64,000 bases of DNA. Source: Eledone cirrhosa (lineage: Eukaryota). How positions within the stretch are numbered: the first letter of the stretch is position 1; every line of letters starts with the position of its first letter. The position numbers and the translations under genes are program-made. The notes below the pieces were generated by a model. The model saw only the letters and a program-made list of their open reading frames with translations, did not search any database and had not been told where the DNA came from. This document shows, piece after piece, positions 57,801 to 64,000 of the stretch. The stretch lies in contig OZ024743.1 in assembly GCA_964016885.1 (NCBI GenBank), positions 97,092,001-97,156,000 on the forward strand. Reading direction: 5' to 3'.

Positions 57801-57976
57801 CCCACCAAGTCACCCCATATGATTCCATCATAAATTAAGGGCCTTTAATGTATTTTACTGTACACACATACACGACTGAAATTATGAAATACTTATTAAC
57901 ATTACACAAATTAAATACGTTCAACGATATTGCCGTCATTGATGATAACACAGGTTCCACAGTATTACATATGATC

Positions 57977-58143
57977 TTGGCAGTATCGGTAGAGGGTCGG
58001 ACGCCATGTTTTGCAGCAAAGAGTTACGGCCCTTTATGGTCTGAGTTCAAATCCCACCGAGGTTAACTTTGCCTTTCATCCTTACGAGGTCGATAAAATA
58101 AAGTACCAGTAATGCACTGGGATAATTGCTAAAAGTAGAAATA
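57977..58143 (+). mobile_element. SINE family A with a 13-bp TSD
   Basis: attacatatgatc at 57964-57976 and 58144-58156. Confidence 0.9.
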
Positions 58144-58885
58144 ATTACATATGATCACAAAATAATAGAAGATATAATCACAGAAATGGGGAATTTATTT
58201 GTCGCTCGAAATAAATAAAGAATTGAACATTTACAATAATTGTTTCTACTATTAGCACAAGGCCAGCAAATACCCAGTACATTACTGGTACTTTATTTTA
58301 TCGACCCCGTAAGGATTTCAATAATATGCTGAAATATAGTTGAATGGCCCAATTGATAACATTCTATTAACCACAACAATACACTATGTATGTATAAATA
58401 TGTGTGTGTGTATGTGTATGTACGTATAAATATGTGTGTGTGTGTATGTGTATGTAAATATGTATGTATAAATATGTGTGTGTGTATGTGTGTGTGTATG
58501 TATAAATATGTGCGTGTGTCTCTATGTGTGTATGTATGAATAAATATGTGTGTGTGTGTATGTGTGTAAGTATGTATGTATAAATATGTGTGTATGTGTG
58601 TGTGTGTATATGTATAAATATGTGTGTGTGTGTGTATGTGTGTAAGTATGTATAAATATGTGTGTGTGTGTGTGTATAAATATGTGCGTGTGTATGTGTG
58701 TAAGTATGTATGTATAAATATGTGTGTGTGTATGTATAAATATGTGTGTGTGTGTGCGTGTTTGTAAGTATGTATGTATAAATATGTGTGTGTGTGTGTG
58801 TGTGTGTAAGAATGTATGTATGTTCCCGTTTCATAATTTTATAAATTTTTACCAACAGAGAGAGAGAGAGGGAGAGAGGGCTGCA

Positions 58886-59205
58886 GACTCGATGGTGCGG
58901 TTAAACCACTGGGAGTGGGGGACCCCTAGACTTTTCAGGGCATTCTTCTAGGAGAAGGCAACTCAGGAAACTGGGATAACTCTGACATAAAACCTGTGGT
59001 TCAGTAGTTACTGATGATGTTGATCTTTTCTTCTTTTCGGGTTATAGCTACTGTCGCTCAGAGAGTGGGATTGGCTCAGTGCACAGTCTTTCCTCATTTA
59101 AAAAAAATCTTCATGCACAGGCATTGCACGATAGAATTAATTGATAATTATTAATAATTGTATATCGTGCAATGGCCATACTCGATAACGAGGTGGCTGC
59201 CATAG
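58886..59205 (+). mobile_element. SINE-like element with an RTE-type tail, followed by (TATG)n
   Basis: Colinear with 40640-40970. Confidence 0.8.
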
Positions 59206-59284
59206 TGTATGTATGTATGTATGTATGTATGTATGTATGTATGTATGTATGTATGTTTGTATGTATGTATGTATGTATGTATGT

Positions 59285-60905
59285 GTCGAAATGTCGGAGG
59301 TAACATGTCTGAGCCTATCTCAGTAAAAAATGGAGTGGAACAGGGGGATATTCCATCACCGACCCTGTTTACCGTATACTTTGCAATGGTTTTCTGTATT
59401 GCATTCAGGAATTGCGAGCATGGTGTTTACATCCGATATCGAACCTCAGGCAGCATATTTAACATCAAGCGCTTTGCTGCAAAGACAAAAGTATTTACAT
59501 CAATCATAAGAGACCTCTTGTATGCAGATGATTGCGATCTTGTTGCGCACACAGAGTGATATGCAGCACATTTTGAATGCATTTTCTGACGCCGTCACTG
59601 CCCTAGGATTGACTGTCAGTCACAAGAAAAGCATCGTCATGTACCAACCTGCCCCTGGTAAGCAGTACACTGAACCAAATATCTATGTGTATGATAAACG
59701 ACTTGGAGTGGTTGATCAGTTTGTCTACCTGGGAAGCACTGTCAATCGATACAGCAACCTTGATAGTGAAATCTCACTTAGGATTAGGAAAGCAAGTGAT
59801 GCTTTCGGAAAGCTAGAAAGGCGACTCTGGGGTCGGCGAGACATATGCAAGAAGACAAAGGTAACGGTGTACAAGGCATGTGTGCTCTCTTCTCTTCTTT
59901 ATGCCTGCGAGACCTGGGTCACATATCGACACCACCTTAAGCAATTGGAGCGTTTCCATCAGATGTGTCTCAGACGGATCCATGGCGTTCACTGGAGGGA
60001 CCACATCAATGATGTCGAGATTTTGGAAAGCTCTATGTTTGACAGCATAGAAGCTCTTGTGCTTAAGCAACGACTCCGTTGGAGTGGTCACCTTGTCAGG
60101 ATGAAGGATTCTAGAATACCAAAACAACTCTTTTATGGAGAGTTAGTTAAAGGAAAACGACCGCCACATAAACCAAAAAGAGGTATAAGGATTCCTTGAA
60201 AGCCTCTTTGAAAGACACTAACATCTCTGATGATACATGGGAAAATATTGCTGCTGATCGTAATAAAAGGAGAAAGACTGTATATGAGGGAAAAGTTGCC
60301 TTTGTGGCATCTCGAATCGCATACGAGAAAGTAAAGCGGGATGTGAGGAAGAGCATTGCTGTTGCACTTCCAGACGGCGAGGGTCCTCCTATGGTGCTGA
60401 CATGCAGCGTCTGTGCGAGACTCTGCCTAAGTAAAGCTGGACTCGAAAGTCATCTTTGCAGTCATAAAGTAAGACCAGTGGTTGACTACCAGGCTTCTGT
60501 TGGAGATGCTACTCATCATGCTTGCCAAGCATGTGGTAGAGAATGTAAATCAGCAGGAGGGCTCAAACGACATGCAAAAGTACATGAACTCCAACCACGG
60601 CCGGCTATTCCCAGTGAATGTTTTGGTTGCCGACTCTGTGCAAGACATTTTAGATCATTGGCTGGGCTAAAAAGCCACATTCGATCGCAGCGCTGTTAGT
60701 TGCTATCGTGTGTGTGTGTGTATAGATGTGTTTGTGTGTGTGCGTGTGATTATATATATATATATATATATATATTATTATTGTTGTTGTTGTCGTTATT
60801 ATTATTGTTGTTATTATTATTCTTATTCTTATTAATATATATGTATATATATATTTTTTTTTCTCGTGCAATGACCATACTCGATAACGAGGAGGCAGCC
60901 ATCAT
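59285..60905 (+). mobile_element. 5'-truncated RTE (BovB-like) LINE: RT plus three C-terminal C2H2-like zinc fingers
   Basis: GVEQGDIPSPTLF, LLYADD, FVYLGS, LLYACETW, RLRWSGHLVRM; fingers CSVC..H..H, CQAC..H..H and CRLC..H; two frameshifts. Confidence 0.92.
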
Positions 60906-60924
60906 GTATATATGTATGTATATC

Positions 60925-61126
60925 TGGAGATCTCTCTGCACTTGTCGTCACATGGTACCATGGGCCCAGCACTGTGTCAATAATTGTCACAAGTGTAGTG
61001 TTTGTACCAGAGTTTTCAAGTCGCTGGCTGGACTAAATAGTCACACTCGTTCAGCGCATCGGGAGGGGTTCTCCTACATGGATATAAAGTAGTGGCCGTA
61101 CTCGAAAACGAGTTGGCAGCCACCAT
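60925..61126 (+). mobile_element. 3'-terminal fragment of a related RTE (one zinc finger plus tail)
   Basis: CSVCTRVFKSLAGLNSHTRSAH; tail followed by (TATG)n. Confidence 0.75.
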
Positions 61127-61863
61127 GTATATATGTATGTATCAGTAACTCTTTATATCTTACACCCACACAACGTATTTCCTATATCAGTGACGTTGTT
61201 GTAATAAGAAGTTCCCTTTCCTATCACAAGGTCTGTAGTTCTAATCCTACATTAGCTCCAGTAAATAATTATTCCCCTAAAGTTACTCATACATTTAATG
61301 CTGTGTCATTTAGAAATATATGGTGAAGCTTTATGTAATTATATCATAGAAATAAATTATTACTATAGCATTCTTATATTTAAGAATCTTCACGTGTCAG
61401 TAATTAATACAAACTATAGGGTTTCTCTTATTCAAATCATTAATTTAACAAAACACAAATTCCTCAATTTGTTTGATGATTCAACTCTTTGGTATACCTA
61501 TTTATTTCTTTATTTATGCAATTTAAACGTCTGTATAGAGCCAGTAAGCCATGCCAGACTAGGAGAAGTATAGAGTACTCCTTACAGTTGATAATAAAAA
61601 AGTTAGTGAGACAAGTAATAAAAAAGTTTAAAAAAAAAAAAAAATCACAGACTTCATAACTTAAATATCGTACGTTGAATGGTATTTCAATGATGATTGA
61701 CGGCACGGATTCACTAGAAATACATATTTATATAAACATTAAGAGTCACTGTGGTATTAAACTGCGAACTTTATGGCAATAAGGCGTGGCTGGAGAACTC
61801 AATGTTTCCGGAGTTTTAGAAGTTTCATCCGTTTGATCTAAACTGCGTGTGTGCGTATGTATG

Positions 61864-61960
<97 letters not shown>

Positions 61961-61970
61961 ATGTATATAA

Positions 61971-62073
<103 letters not shown>

Positions 62074-62177
62074 AATATATATATATATTTATATATATAT
62101 ATATATAAATATGTATATATATATATATATATAAATATATATATGTATATACATATATATATATATATAAATATATA

Positions 62178-62270
<93 letters not shown>

Positions 62271-62321
62271 CATATATATATATGTATATATATATATATA
62301 TGTATATACATACACACATGC

Positions 62322-62354
<33 letters not shown>

Positions 62355-62391
62355 TATGCATGTATATAAACTCACGCACACACACACACAA

Positions 62392-62422
<31 letters not shown>

Positions 62423-62440
62423 CCTACACAGGCGCATATA

Positions 62441-62518
62441 CAGGGTGTCCCCAAAAATGTATACATACTTCAAACGCATAGAAATCAAAGTGTGTATACA
62501 TTTTTTTGTGTCACCCTG
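62441..62518. mobile_element. 78-bp Tc1/mariner-type mini-MITE (decayed relative at about 62795-62895)
   Basis: TA|CAGGGTG...CACCCTG termini with about 30-bp imperfect TIRs. Confidence 0.65.
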
Positions 62519-62956
62519 GAGAAAAACATACGCAAATACACACACCCACACGCAGGCATTTATATGTACGTATGTGCGTGTGAGTGAGTATATATATATG
62601 TATAGACACATACACCAAACCGATCGCCAGTATTTTGTCTATGTTTTTATGGGTAAGCATTCTAATTCGGAATATGTCTGAGGTGGAGTCTATGAATAAG
62701 TATATTATCGTAAATATGTGAGCGAGGCATTGAAAATAGTGGTGCAGTGCCCTCGGCCTCCTTGACAATTGCCCCCCCCCCCCCACACACACACGGAGGG
62801 TGTGGCCCCAAAATATATACACACTTTGATTACCTGTACAAGAAATATTTATTAGAATGCTATTGAAGTGTGTATACATTTTTTGGCTACAACTGTTTCT
62901 GCACACATGCGCGCGCACACGCACACACACACACACGCACACGCGCGCGCACACAC

Positions 62957-63030
<74 letters not shown>

Positions 63031-63050
63031 TATCTTATTTCTCATTCTTT

Positions 63051-63084
63051 CTTGTGATGAAGGACTAGCGTCCGAAACGTTAAG
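63051..63084 (+). ncRNA. Degenerate minimal hammerhead (C3G)
   Basis: CUU GUGAUGA A GGAC-UAGC-GUCC GAAA CG UU/ AAG. Confidence 0.55.
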
Positions 63085-63548
63085 TTCCTCTTCCTGCTAT
63101 ATCAAGCGTTAACCTAATATATCCCTTCCATATGTACTGATTGTGTTGTTATTTCTGTTTACCTTTTACATACATACATACATATATATATATATATAAC
63201 AAAGGTATTGTGGTAAGGAACCAGATGGACCATAACGCACCAGAGTACTCAATACTACCCAGATGGACCATAACGCACCAGAGTACTCAATACTACCCAG
63301 CCTCAGCAAGGGTAGTAGAGTGGGAAATAGGAGAAAGTATGACCCCGACGGCAGAGCTCAAGCCGTTAAGACAGCTATTTCTGGAATTGCCGTCGAAACG
63401 GCTTGAGCTCTGCCATCTTGGTCATACTTTTTCCTATATATATATATATATATATATAGTGAAAAATTGAACGGGAACAAAACAGAGAGGCAGTACGAAC
63501 AAAGGTTTATTAGTTTCACGCTCTTGAGAGTGGGGTGGTGGTGGGGAA

Positions 63549-63578
63549 CGACGTTTCGGGCATAAGCCCTTCTTCAGG
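63549..63578 (-). ncRNA. Minimal hammerhead core with a poor stem I
   Basis: CUGAAGA A GGGC-UUAU-GCCC GAAA CG UC. Confidence 0.55.
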
Positions 63579-63615
63579 CGAAAAAAAAAAAAAATAAAAA
63601 TAAATAAATATATAT

Positions 63616-63741
63616 ATGCCCTTAGATATTTCAGGGCCATACGTGCGCTACACTGGAGGTATCAGCGGGCGCAACTCTCCCTGCCCGTGAGTGTCGGGAA
63701 ACTTCTGAACCCCCTCCCATGATAGGGATCGGGGCCTGGAA
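63616..63741 (+). pseudogene. Diverged 18S rRNA fragment (3' major domain)
   Basis: atgcccttagat...gggccatacgtgcgctacactg...tgatagggatcggggc matches, in order, the conserved 18S blocks ATGCCCTTAGATG, GGGCCGCACGCGCGCTACACTG and GTGATAGGGATCGGGG (recalled, not aligned). Confidence 0.8.
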
Positions 63742-63774
63742 CCAACTCTTTCATATATATCTATATACTCAAAA

Positions 63775-64000
63775 CGGCGACGAATTAGTTTTGCGAGGTT
63801 TTTTATATGAAATCGTGTGTCGAAACAAATATTGTTATACTTGGGGAGGGTCATATTTGTGTAATACTATTACCAGAATTAATAACAGAACACACTCACT
63901 GTTTGGTTGGTTTTCGCTTTGTTAGACTATATATATGTGTTTGTGTCTATATTGTATCTGTATTTTTGACCGTTGGTCAGTTAATGGTAATATTGAGGAC
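63775..64000 (-). mobile_element. 33252-family element running off the window end
   Basis: Homologous to 33252-33450. Confidence 0.8.

Overview
AT-rich eukaryotic (very likely octopod/cephalopod, judged from the SINE families) intronic/intergenic DNA. There is no intact protein-coding gene; one candidate terminal exon lies at 22209-22275. The window holds decayed non-LTR retrotransposons (Tx1/L1-like ORF1 plus ORF2 start, R4/Dong, several RTEs), many tRNA-derived SINEs, small MITEs, a 5.6-kb 39-bp satellite with a 27-mer higher-order repeat, minisatellites and abundant microsatellites. Most ORF-track entries are repeat artefacts. The most striking signal is a set of short non-coding elements inserted at (TA)n tracts. 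They form long fold-back palindromes and carry about 20 hand-identified minimal type-I hammerhead ribozyme (HHR) motifs from at least six sequence families. One family has a U3-A8 compensated core (UUGAAAA) with covarying stems. The architecture resembles Penelope-like element (PLE) terminal repeats or retrozyme-like elements, but no PLE reverse transcriptase is present here. Motifs were read by eye, ribozyme activity is untested, and element boundaries are approximate.
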